Shown here one piece after another: positions 1 to 11,420 of a stretch of 64,000 nucleotides of DNA (the stretch's first letter is position 1; every line of letters starts with the position of its first letter). The notes beneath the pieces were generated by a model that searched no databases, was not told the DNA's origin, and saw only the letters and a program-made list of their open reading frames with translations. Made by a program: the position numbers and the translations under genes. Origin of the DNA: Lama guanicoe (lineage: Eukaryota); assembly GCA_013239625.1 (NCBI GenBank), contig MU054391.1, positions 5,911,824 through 5,975,823 on the forward strand, written 5' to 3'.

Positions 1-1038
1 AACTTACAGATTGATTCCAGAAAGCAAAATATACTCATTTCCCTGGGGAGCTTAGGGTGAGGGCTTAGGTACCCCAGTCCAGGATCAGACCTGTGGGTAG
101 CAGCTGGAGAAGGCCTATACTTTGGCACCTGACAGCCTTCATTAGCTGGGTTGAAATCCTGGCCTCTCTGCCTCCCTGTGGTGGCCAACTTCTTTCTTGT
201 GTGAGTTTGGTGCAGTCAAGCACTGTTTTTTTGTTTTTGTTTTCTTAACTTGCTATAGCTATGAAGTTACTGGGAGAAATTGCTTCTCAGCTTGGAGAAG
301 TTGAAAGCTGTAAATTGTTAACTAAACTGAAAGCTATAATCTAATTGTCCTGGGCTGGAAGCTTGCACTGGAAGGAGAGTTTGGAAAACTGACTTGGAGA
401 GGGATGAGAAGGGACTTGTGGGCAGTGGAGAGGGTTGTCCAAGTAGTAATCCTGGCTGCCGGGAGCACCTCTCAGAGTTTCTTTGCATTGAGCTCTTCTG
501 TGGGGAGGCCCAAAGTAAGTGAAAGTTGCTGGGGGTGGGGTGCAAAGAGAGGCTTGGTTTAGGTAGAACCCCTGGTTAGAGCATGGCCTTTCAGGGATCA
601 TTCTGATAGATTTTATCTTGCATCCAGTAGGAACTGGATGTGTGTGATTGGGTAAATATGTGTTAAATTTTAAAAAGTTTTTGAGACTCTAAAATTATTG
701 TGTAGAGCTCTCATTTTTAATATGAATTTGTTTTCTCATTTGTCATCCTAATACTTGAAATTGCTCCTTTCAGTAGCTGTGCAAGCCCAGGAACAGCACT
801 GACATCCTTATGACCGAGCAGATGGGTCAGTTTGGGAGAGGCTGGGAAGGAGGGAGAAAGCAAGAAAATAAAGTACCTCATGCCTCCTTTACAGCCACTG
901 GTTGCTCTTGTGAGCAGACTTCAAACAGTCTTTTCTAGATACTTCTTTGTGAAGCCTTTGGGGGCAACATGATCAAAGTAAGTTCCTTAAAATTTAACCA
1001 AAACAACCTTTTCACACAGTACTTTTTTTTTTTTTAAG

Positions 1039-2005
1039 TGCATGACTCCTCCTCAGAGTCCTGACCTCGTGGAGCCATCGACAGGAACACTTGTTCCTTC
1101 CCAAGTAACTGATTCCAAAGCACCCGTGGTCGTGGCCATCCCCCCAGCCTCTACTGGGGCAGCCAGAGTGCTGAGCAGGAGGGCAGAGAGGGGCCTGCCT
1201 GGTATGAAGCCAGAGCTGCTGGAGCCAGCTGCCAGCTCTCACTGCAGGGCCATGGTGACAAGTGTCATTTGCCACACTGGGGGGAGTCCTTCTCCTGCCC
1301 ACGTTCCTACCACCCAGACTCAAGAATACCAACTTTCAGCCAACAGAGAAGTAGAAGCACAGATTCCAAGATGTACTGAAGCTTTGCAGGACACACACCT
1401 CACAGACAGTTTGCTCAAAGTTAACTCAGTGTCTTGTCAGCCTTGCTCATACAAGTCTGGTGGCCTGATCCCTGCTGATAAAGGCCAGCAGGAGGTAGGG
1501 TGGCCTGTTGCAATTCAGTCCTGCTCACCAAAGAATTATGAAAATGACTTGCCAAGGAAAGCCACCCCTCTGATTTCTGTCCCCATTCCTAGTCCCCCTG
1601 TCCTTTGCCAAATGATCCCTGTGACTGGACAAAGTGGCATGTTACCAGCTTTTTTGAAGTCACCCCCCCAAGTGTCTGCAGGGACTGTCAAACCCATCTT
1701 ACCCCACGCTGCTCCAGTGCCCCAGCCTGTGTTTGTGGGACCATCTGTGCCTCAGGGAACTGTGATGCTGGTTCTGCCCCAGGGGGCCCTCCCCCAGCCT
1801 GCCACGTGTTCATCGAGTGTAATGGCTGTTGGAAATACCAAGTTCTTGCCCCTTGCCCCTGCTCCAGTGTTCATTGCATCCAGTCAAAACTGTGCCCCTC
1901 AGGTAGACTTTTCCCGAAGGAGGAACTATGTTTGCAACTTCCCAGGCTGCCGGAAGACCTACTTCAAAAGTTCCCACCTCAAGGCTCATCTCCGCACTCA
2001 CACAG
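1039..2005 (+). CDS. KLF11: Krueppel-like factor 11 (TIEG2), large penultimate coding exon (exon 3 in human numbering): repression domains R2/R3 and zinc finger 1
   Basis: Poly-T tract + AG acceptor at 1037-1038, then [13 protein letters not shown]...PLAPAPVF...[30 protein letters not shown], donor G|gtgagt at 2006. 967 nt (phase 0 to 1). Matches KLF11 as recalled. Upstream exons lie outside the window. Confidence 0.97.
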
Positions 2006-2521
2006 GTGAGTCCTGAGGCAGGTCGGGCATTGGGAAGGAAACACACATCAAGCCGCCTTTGGGATCAAGGCATGAGGACCACTGGAGAAGGTGGCCTTTT
2101 TTCTTTGATTCTGAAAAGCTTTCATAGTCTTGGGGTTAACATTAGTACAGCCACCAGTGGTTTTCCTAGAACAGGCCATCCATCTGCTCAGCCAGTAGAT
2201 AAATACAGTACCGTTCTGTGACTGTGATCCTTGATGGGCTTTAGAGTGAGGCTCTCGCTGCCTCTTACTGCAGTAGACGTCTCATTTTTTATTTGCATTT
2301 TAGAAAATGTGCGTTCACACTGGATAAACATCTTATCAAGGTGATTTACTTAGTTTTACTATAGGGAAAGAGCTTTCTAAAGTATGGAGAAGTTTGAATT
2401 CTAGACTGTTTGCACTTTAAAGGAATATTTTTTACTTTTGGGAATGGATAGTGTCTAATTGAGAAGTCACAAAAGAAAGTAACTATAGTGACTTAGTGAT
2501 CTCTTTGTTACCTCATTGGGT

Positions 2522-2695
2522 TCCTAGAATTTTCTGTAGTGATGGAAATGCTCTCTATCTGTCCAGTAAGAGGGTAGCCACTAGCCACACACACTTGAAG
2601 TGTGAACAGTGTGTCTGAGGAGCTAAATTTTACATTTTCATTAAGTTTGCATTTGTACAGCTACAAGGGGCTGGTGGCTACCATGTTGTTTAACG
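2522..2695. mobile_element. MER3-like hAT-Charlie DNA transposon remnant
   Basis: Contains gatggaaatgctctctatctg...gtagccactagccac...ggctggtggctacc, the internally palindromic MER3 pattern as recalled. Confidence 0.75.
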
Positions 2696-4159
2696 GAGGT
2701 GAGGTTGCCTGGTAGATAGAACTTCTGCTTTAGTTGCTTGGGGCAGTGTCTCAGGTGTTCTGTAGCTCTCTTGTTCTTTGAGTTAGTGGCAGTCATTTTG
2801 TTTTGTTTTCAAAAGTCCCGTAGTTAAATAGTCTGCTTGTTAAACTCACCTTCGAAAGGTTCACGCACATATGTACATACAAGCACAGCAACAGGTCGCG
2901 GGTTCCGCAGTAAAGACGTGGTTCATAAACTCTCTCCATCGTGGAACCCTTTTCACCAGAATGTCTGCTGATGGCCTGCGGGACAACAGGGAATGTTGTC
3001 AGCTGTTTGGGAAAGGCTGAACTGGAGGGAGTCATTGTGGTACTTTACTCCAAGATGCATTTGAGGTGGAGTGGTTCTAATTAGCGTATTAAAATTCTGT
3101 TGTGGCAGCTTCCGCTTGCGGAATGAAGCAGGGTCTGGAACGTAGGCTGAACAAAAGGCGCTCTGCTGCCCTCTACGCTACGGAGTGGGCTGTCTGCTTC
3201 AGGGATGAGGCCCCAGGCCTAGCGGGTGAAGAACTTGCTTCTCTGCCTTTACCTTTGCTCTCCACGTCCACATCTCTCCCCTTCACTCTCTGCTCTCTGA
3301 CTATCTCTTATTTACTGAAAACCGCTTAAGGGCCTTTCTTAGAAGTATTTTCTGATCTCTCCTTCCTTATTTGACCCTAGGGGTTTGTTACGTTTCTCAC
3401 CACATTCTCCCTCTGTTTTTTTTTAGTTACTTATATACTTGATCTCACTGGATATAAATTCTTGGTGTCTGACCTAAGAGCCTGGCACTAGTGAATGATG
3501 ATTGGTCATTGGTGCTACAGGGTAGCTGTCATGGCTGTATTGGTGTGAACCGGCACCTCTGAAGGGCTCATTGACTTCGCAAACTCTTCAGAGACTACTG
3601 AGGTGAACTTCAGATCACATCCAAACACAGATTATGCATTTGGGGAGGCAATGGAATGAGATATTACTGTTTATTCAGTTTCCCTTGGTAGAAATACTGG
3701 CAGGGTGGCATAAAATAGGGCTTCAGGTTTCCCAATATACTTAAGTAACCATAAAAGTTCTGAAGAATCAACTTCTTGTGGCATTTTGTAAACACTAAAT
3801 TGGAGTTTTCATAAGATATAGAAACCTTGGGTGAGTTTACCTTAGATAAGATGGTTTTTCAGTCTAAGCTGAAAATTTTTAAAATTAGTATAAGGTAGAG
3901 TGAGCAAAGGCTCATGTTTTTATAAATCCTATGCCAAAGGGTGGTTGTTCTCTGTCCACCCTCTGGCCATCCAGTATGCTGACAGCAGTGGTGGTGGTTT
4001 CCTGAAAACAGGTAACCTTATGCTTATAGCATGAGATCTTTGAAAGCCCATGAAGTTGAGGCCTTTTTTCTTAGAATCGTTCATAAAAAGCCATTGTGAT
4101 GCTGAATTTTCCTGCTAATTCAACTTTGAAAAACATGATATATTTAACTGATGTCTCAT

Positions 4160-4380
4160 CATCATTCATTCAAAACCATTTATTCACCACCTGTCATACA
4201 AAGTGCTGTGCTGGGAGCTAAACTGTACAGAGATGGATGAACTAGGCAAGTCATAAATCTTCAGGAAGGTAGGTCATGTAACAGCCCGTAACAGCGTTGA
4301 ACACATCCATTTATGAGGTTGCACAGCAGTGTGTGATTGTCACAACCTGGTCAAGATAGGGACTTCTAGGAAAGGGAGCA
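4160..4380 (-). mobile_element. L2 3' fragment
   Basis: cattcattcaaaaccatttatt...gtgctgtgctggg, the reverse-complement L2 tail signature. Confidence 0.5.
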
Positions 4381-4976
4381 CTCCTGCTGGCTGGAAGGGT
4401 CCAGGAGGACTCAGGGGAAGGGCCACACTGTTACCTGCGGACAAGGGCTCCCTCACTCACCTCCAGGAAGACAGTATGAGACACCTTCCAAGTGCGCTGA
4501 AACTTTGAACAAAGACACTTGAGGCTTGTAACTACAAGAAGGTGGTTATTAGAATTCTAATTCATTCTGTAGTTAACCTCTTTGTCAGTGTAATAACAAA
4601 TATGAAGATGGCATTAATGATTCTGAGAAGTCTTGTAGGTCCTGGGAGGGATTTGTTTTTAGATGTGCAGCTTCCTGAGAGGGAAGGAATTATTCCTTTT
4701 AAGAATCTTCCTCCAGTTAACCGTTGAAGACTTACCTTTATTTAAAAAATCTTTGGAATAACTAGATGAGTTTGACATTGTTGAGCCCTGACATACTACA
4801 TCTTGGGAGTGGCAGGAAGAAATGCATCTTGGACAATTACTTGACTTCCAGATAACCTGATTCCAGAATAGGATATTACTTTTTCCTTAGGTCTTGATGA
4901 GCAAAATTTTTAAATGACATAAATCAACCTGCTGAGCATTTATATTTTCTCTAGTATGTGTTTTCTCACCTCTTAG

Positions 4977-5257
4977 GAGAGAAGCCTTTCAGCTGTAGCT
5001 GGGATGGCTGTGATAAAAAATTTGCTCGCTCAGATGAACTCTCTCGCCACCGCAGAACTCACACTGGGGAGAAGAAGTTTGTGTGCCCAGTGTGTGATCG
5101 GCGTTTCATGCGCAGCGACCACCTGACAAAGCATGCCCGGCGCCACATGACAACCAAGAAGATCCCTGGCTGGCAGGCGGAGGTCGGCAAACTCAACAGA
5201 ATTGCTTCAGCAGAGAAGCCTGGGAGCCCGCTGGTGCGCATGCCAGCGTCTGCGTGA
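4977..5257 (+). CDS. KLF11: KLF11 last coding exon: zinc fingers 2-3 and C-terminus
   Basis: tcttag acceptor; phase-1 join gives HTGEKPF linker; [51 protein letters not shown]...[12 protein letters not shown] at 5255-5257. Confidence 0.97.
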
Positions 5258-7620
5258 CGGGTCTGCCAGGGAATTGCGGATGGAAATTTGTAAAAGCCTG
5301 CTTTCAGGAATGGAACTGATGATTTTCTCTCCAAAATAAAAAGTCTTGAGGGCTAGGGGAAGGTAGAGAGCTGGTTCTGATGAAGGCATGTTGACTTGTT
5401 TTCTTGGTTGGGACCCTGTTCAGTATCTTTTGCAGTTTCAGAAGTTCTTTTAAGGAAATGGAAGGAAAGTTGATAATCTAAGTCACCAGCATTCAAACAA
5501 ACATTTCGGCAATAAATCTTACAAAATCGGGATTTTTACAACCTTTCTATTCATGTTTTGTAGAAACGTGACAGGGTACTAATTTTTATACTGTTTTTTA
5601 TAAAAAATTTTTATTGGTGCTCAAATCACTAATTTCTAGATAGATGATTTTACAGTCTTTTCAGTATTTAACATTTTAATTATACCCTTTTAGTACAAAA
5701 TTTGGAATATTATTTAGCCAAAAAAATTTACAACTTTGTAATTAGGCCTTTTAGATCTAAGAATTTTCTAGAATCAGAACTGGTTGAGCAGGGGCCTCTT
5801 AAATAAATGGGAGAGGAAAAAAAATTTTATAGTCAGCTTCTTCATAACATTTTCAAGAGAAATACCAAGCAACCGTTCCTTTAAGGCTGTAGCCCAAGGA
5901 ATTAAAATTTTGGTTAAGTAGAACTTAGTCACCCGTGTCTGTGGTGTGACTTGTGAGGAATGTACTCCAGAGGATAACTTAAAATACTCAATAGATACCC
6001 GGTGAGCAGAGAGCTGCCGTAGGATCTGAGTGTCTGTTCTGCCGCGAGCACACCGTTCACAGTCTCATTTGTACCTCAAACACCAAAAAAGGTGATGTAC
6101 GCACTCAAACTCAGCTGCTTTGTTTGTTGTCAGTTTGACTTCTTTTGCTGTGGCCTTATCCAAGTATTTTGTGGGTAAAGTAACTTCCTAGAGAAAAAGG
6201 AAATGTCCTTAGTATTTGGAGGAACTTCCCACCAAAGTACAGCTTATCTGAGGTGGGGGCACGTGCAGATGGTGCAGCTCCAGTGTTCTGATTTCTTTAT
6301 TAAGTATTAAGAACTATGGGAAATGCAAGCTACACTAAATGGCAGTAATACTGCCCAGCTGTCCTTTCATTCATTTTATTTGAAGGAAATTGTTTTGATC
6401 AAATGGAGAATTACTTGGGAGTGGGGTGTTCTGCAGTCTGCCTAGAAAGCAGACCATGGGCGTCACTGTGAAGCTGTGTGAGCACAGGTCTGAGCATTAC
6501 AGAGACTGCGCCCCGGGTCCGGGAGGCCACGAGCTTGCTTTTGTTGGGCAGTGTTGGGAATCCAGCAACAGAACACGTGTAAGGAATGTGGGGATGTTGC
6601 TCTGCTCTTGGAGCCTGCAAATGGTTTTTGTTGTGCCATATGTATTTAGATTCTGTCTTTGGCTCTTAGTTATTGGCATTTACCTTTATTAAAACGATGG
6701 TAAGGTGAAATACTGAATAAATATAATTAGGTTTTGTGTTCAGGCCTTCCTTTAGTCTGAGAACGCTCTCCTGGTCGTTCACTGTATGTTACTTGACACC
6801 CTTTAAATTACCCTCTAGTATCAGCCGCTAAGTGACAGGTCTGTAGGTGAGGGCTGTGTGTTTAGGAGGCTTCCATGTCTTTGGACACTTCTGTAGTTGA
6901 GTATTCCTCCTGGTCATGAGACATACTACAGTTACAAAAGAACTGTAATTAAATGTACATAGTTTGTGTTTCCCCACCACCCAGTCCTTCCTCCCACTAC
7001 TCGTATCTTAAATCAGCATAAACATTTCTGTGTGTATGCTGTAAATGGCATTAAATGGGATATTTCTCTTAGTTATACAAAATAACGTTAATCCTACTAA
7101 TGTTCTGGTAGATAATACAACGTCTTTGAGTATTTGGTTGCTTGTCACATTGAACTTCATTCTCTGAGCAATGTAGTTAGTTTCCAAACAATAGATGTGT
7201 TTTTAAAAAAAGTTTTGATTTATACTTCCATTTCCTGATGAGATTTCGAAGTACCTTCTGTAAACAACAGTTTTTGGCCCTCTGTTTGTCGATTGAAAAA
7301 CTGTAAGTTGGGAAACAGCTTCATCTGAAAAATGCAGTTGGAGAACCAGCGCCTGTGGTGTGTGTTCAGTGTAGAGTCCCTCCGCTGCGGCCCGGCTGTC
7401 AGAGGAGGGCACTTCCCCAGTGCACTTTACTGCCTGAGCAATTTTGCTTGATCTCTTTTGACTTTGAGCCTTCTAAGTAGTTTCAGTAATAAAATTTTAA
7501 GTGTTTCAGAATTATGTTTTATGTAACAGACTTTGACTTATTTAAATGAATATGTGCGATGTAACTTTTTTCTTTGAATCATATAAAAACATTTTTGATT
7601 TGCAAACTAGACTGTATTCT
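5258..7620 (+). other. KLF11: KLF11 3' UTR (end approximate)
   Basis: AU-rich, apparently repeat-free sequence after the stop; AATAAA at 5511, 6716 and 7488. Exact cleavage site not determinable. Confidence 0.7.
7488..7493 (+). terminator. Candidate distal poly(A) signal of KLF11
   Basis: AATAAA followed by U/GU-rich sequence (gtgttt, tgtttt). Confidence 0.5.
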
Positions 7621-8289
7621 GTGTCATGTAACTGGACTACAGTATACCCAGTGGCTTTTCAGAAAAATCTATGAAATTGTATATTGGCCCAACCTGACCT
7701 TCCTCTTTGGTTTCTGGGGTTCTGTTCTGCTTTCAGGATGCCCTTAAGATTCTTTGGAGGGTTCTTTCTGAAAGAAATGTGTGAAGAGTCTGCTTCTGTG
7801 TTGGCCACTCTGATGTTGGGACTGGTCTTGGCAGAACAGGACCGTGGGTGCTGTGACCCGTGACCCTCATCCTCATACTCTTCCTGTGCTGGGAGGTGGA
7901 GTGGGAGGCATCCCCTTCCCCTGCTCCCAGCCCAGGCTCTAAAAGTACGTCCCGGAGCCGTGGTCTTCACTCCTGCTCCTGGAGTACGTCCTCTCTGGAA
8001 CCCACTCTGGCTGGGGCTGTGTGTCCACACCCCACTAGACGAGCCCCTGCGGCTGTTGGAGCCTAGGCACTTCCGTGGGCTCGGTCCTCAGTCCTCATCT
8101 GGCCTGTCCAGCAGCACAGACAGGGTTGTTGGCTCCCCCGCAGGCCACACTCTCCTGCTCTCCTACCTCCCTGCTCCTTCGCTGGTCCCCTTCCTCTCCC
8201 TGACTCCTCTCCTACTGCCCTCACAACCTGGGTGATCTTTTCCACCCTTGTGACTTAGATAAAAATCACATCTCTACCTGCGTGCATGT

Positions 8290-8575
8290 CTCTCCTTCGC
8301 TCTTCTCACCTGGGCTTCAGATTCCTGTTTCCATCTGTCTGCTTGACACCCATCTATTCAGTGTCCCAGACTTTGCCCAAGCTCCTCATCTTCTTGCCCA
8401 TGCTTGCTTTTCCCACAGCTGACCCCATTGTCTTTGAAAAGAACAGCAAGGCCATCCTTTCAGCTGTTCAAGTGCAAAATCTTGGAGTCATCCTGGGCTC
8501 CTTTCTCACTCCATATCCAATCTGTCACAGTCTTGTTGACTCACTGCCTTCCAAAACCACTCATCCTGGAATGTG
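8290..8575 (+). mobile_element. L2 fragment
   Basis: ccatcctttcagctgttcaagtgcaaaatcttggagtcatcctg...ctcctttctc...atccaatc resembles the L2 3' region. Confidence 0.6.
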
Positions 8576-9102
8576 ATTCCATAGACCACACTAGTCCTGG
8601 TCATGGGTGTGCATGTGTGTGCACAATTGTGTGGGGGGTAAAGGATCACAACGGGCTTTGCATTTAGCACTCCACCTAGAAAAGTCTCTCCAATTCCAAA
8701 TCCCTTTGCTTCTGGGTGGTGGCCACATGCCTGCTACCCTCAGCTTTGTGACTTTACCTGCTGTCCTCTGTGTCCCTAAGGTTCTACTTTCTGGCTGTAA
8801 TAGCCACTGTTGCTTTAATTTCAACTTGCTCCTTTTGTTTAGGGACTCTTAAAATGAGGGACTTGAGACATGTATCTTACACATGGGCCCCATCCTGGGA
8901 GGAAGTCCAGGCACCAGGGACACCATACCCTAGTGGGATGAGACCCGCTCAGTCCACTCAAAGTTAGGGAGGCTTGTTCCCAAAGGTTTCTCAACACTCC
9001 CTAGAAGCCTAGTGGGTCCCAGGATTGTCTTGAGCTGGCTCTGCAAACAGGTTTCTTTTCAGCATGTTCTTTTCTTTGTTTGTTTAAGAAGTTCATTTGT
9101 GT

Positions 9103-9260
9103 CCTTTTTTTTAGACTCCACATATAAGTGATATCATATGACATTTTTCTTTCTCTTTCTGGCTTCCTTCACTTAGAATGACGATCTCCAGGTCCACATT
9201 GCTGCAAATGGCATTATTTTATTCTTTTTTATGGCTGAGGTAGTATTCCATTCTGTACAT
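9103..9260 (-). mobile_element. L1 3' fragment
   Basis: ttagactccacatataagtgatatcata...tcacttagaatgacgatctccagg...gcaaatggcattattttattc, typical antisense L1 3' region. Confidence 0.75.
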
Positions 9261-9427
9261 ATTATATATTTTATTTTATATATATATAAATGGGTGGGTG
9301 GGTGGATGGATGGATGTGATATGATTCCTGTTATGGGTGAGCTTACATTTTAGCAAGTGGATCAGACTTGCAATAGAGTTCAATAAAATGAAGCAAGTAA
9401 CTAGTAGTGATCAAAACCTCTAATCTT

Positions 9428-9567
9428 GGGGAAAGGTATAGCTCAAGTGGTAGAGTGTGTGCTTCGCATGCATGAGGTCCTGGGTTCAACCCCCAATACT
9501 TCCATTAAAAAAATAAATCTAATTACCTCCCTCCAACAAACAAACAAACAAACAAAAAAGTTAATTA
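9428..9567 (+). mobile_element. Vic-1-like tRNA-derived SINE
   Basis: ggggaaaggtatagctcaagtggtagag...ggtcctgggttcaacccc (pol III A/B boxes), ctaattacctccc, A-rich tail; 15-bp TSD aaaacctctaRtctt at 9413-9427 and 9568-9582. Confidence 0.9.
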
Positions 9568-9664
9568 AAAACCTCTAGTCTTGAAGGAGTCCAGAGGAAG
9601 GCCCAGGGAAGGTCTACCAGACTCCTGGCAGGTAGCTTTGATAAGTAGTGTGGATTTGGCCTGA

Positions 9665-9800
9665 GACAGGACTGGGTGCAGATCTGACTCCATTTAGCTA
9701 CGTGTTGCTGAGAAATGAGCTCTACTTTTAGTTTCCTCATTTCTGAAATGAGGATTACATAGAGTAATGTGCCTATCCTATCTCAGAGCCTGGCACTTTC
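9665..9800 (+). mobile_element. MIR SINE remnant
   Basis: Core tagtttcctcatttctgaaatgagga with upstream ctgggtgcagatctgactccatttagcta. Confidence 0.6.
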
Positions 9801-10019
9801 ATTTTGTATGTAGAAGAAAACCTTAGTTGTTTTCGAACAAAAATCTACTTGAAGGGTAGCTGTCTTTGGGCACAGAAATAACAGAACAGGCTTAGAGTAT
9901 TCTCGTGTTGCCAGCTGCCTTCAAGAGTGTCAGGGCCTGTGCTAAATGGTAAAGAGGTCATTCAAAGGAACTCCCACTGGCCAAGTTGTGGCAGTTTAAA
10001 CATTAAAATACGAATTCCA

Positions 10020-10500
10020 CTTCTGCCCAAGATGGAGTAACAGGAACTGAATATAATCTCACTCTCAAAATAACCACCAGACAAAATGTATGAAAGGAGT
10101 TTTCCAGGAACTGGACCTTGGGTCATGAAAGACAGTGACCCTGAGAGATAGGAAATAAGGGGAGTGAACCCAGTTTGCCGCCTTGAGGAAGATTCCAGGT
10201 TGTGATGCAGGGAGGAGGAACTCAGGCGGGACTCGAGTCCCCTAGTGGAAGAGATGGCAGTGAGGGTGCACGAATGCCAAGGTGGCAAGGGTCACGGGGC
10301 AGAGTGCCAAGAAAGAGAGAACAGCCCAGAGAACCCTGGAGGTCTACAGGGGGGCGCCTGGAGGGAGGGGAACACCCTAAAACCGAAGGCAAATTGTGTG
10401 CACAGGGGCGTGTGTCCTTACTCTGGGCTGAGGAGTCATCACTTAACATGAATTCTCAAAGGGCGACCCGAGACGGTTATTAGATCCGTGCTCTTGAGAA
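10020..10500 (+). mobile_element. Ancient L1 (L1MC/L1MD-type) 5' UTR fragment
   Basis: Starts cttctgcccaagatggagtaacagg...ccagacaaaatgtatgaaa...gacagtgaccctgagagataggaaa, resembling recalled old L1M 5' ends. Confidence 0.55.
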
Positions 10501-10519
10501 TAAGGCTGCTCGGAGAAAG

Positions 10520-11420
10520 CGCTGAGGTAGCACGCGCAGGGCTAGGGCAGTGGCTGTGCCTCGGGCTCGGTGTGCAGGGTCCCGGCGCCGTGCCCACCTG
10601 GCTCGGCGTTGGAACCCAGGGGAGAGGGCTCTGTGGGAATTAAAAGAACTATGACAGGAGGTACTCAGGCGGTTTTGCTGAGGGACACCCCTACCGAAGT
10701 CCCACGCGGGGGTTAGAATGTCCATGTACACACCTCGGGTCCCCACGGAGCCCGGACCTTGGCTTTGGCAGCTGCGCGGGCCCTCAAAGCAAGAGTCTGC
10801 TCCGCGGGCCTGGAGGCCTGCAGTCGGCCTCGAGACGGCGCAGCTGAGCTCGGTTTCCCGGCGATCGAGGGAACCCCGGAAACGCCCCTGGGGATCCTAT
10901 CTCTGTAGGGGCTGCAAGGAAAATCCCTGCCAGCAAATGGGGCGGGGCGCGAAGCCAGGGTCCCCATTTGTGTCTGGGGTGCTGCCCAGACACAAAATGC
11001 CCAGAGTCCTGTGGCTGCCCGGCCCCCCCCAGCCCCCTTCCCGCGCAGTAGCGCACGCCGGCTCCCAGTGCCTGCAACGGCCCGCGGGGTTCGCCTTCCC
11101 TGTGACCCACTCACTTCTCATCCGCGTGGGCTCAGCCGGCGCACAGTTTCCACCCACCGTTTGTCCTTGAGGCCTCCCAGCACCCGGGGGCGGAGGAAGA
11201 AGAGGCTCCTTTGCCCACTGCGCAGACGAGGCGGCTCCCGGGACCCAGCCGGCCGTCCGGTTCACTCCTCCCTCTCTAGCTTCAGGGAGAAGCGGCAGGG
11301 CCTCCCTAGGGAGCCCGGCCCCTGCCACCCATGCTTTCCCAGGACGAGGAGCAGCGAGGACGCGGGAATCCCAATGGCGGCGACGGCTTCCTGGAGAGGC
11401 GCGGGCATAACTGTTCCACC
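10520..11420. promoter_or_regulatory. Orphan CpG island between the KLF11 and CYS1 3' ends
   Basis: About 900 bp of high GC and dense CpG; GC box GGGGCGGGGC 10939-10948; CCAAT 11371 overlapping YY1-like AATGGCGGC 11373-11381. Confidence 0.7.

Noticed and set aside
1042..2016. 324-aa single-exon KLF-like ORF starting at Met 1042
   Set aside because: It is an internal KLF11 exon bounded by acceptor 1038 and donor 2006; the Met and the stop at 2016 come from ignoring splicing.
9428..9505. tRNA-like sequences (also at 33074, 41900, 45759, 51045, 52503, 61950)
   Set aside because: They have A/B boxes but also SINE bodies, A-rich tails and mostly TSDs, with degenerate stems, so they are SINE heads and not tRNA genes.
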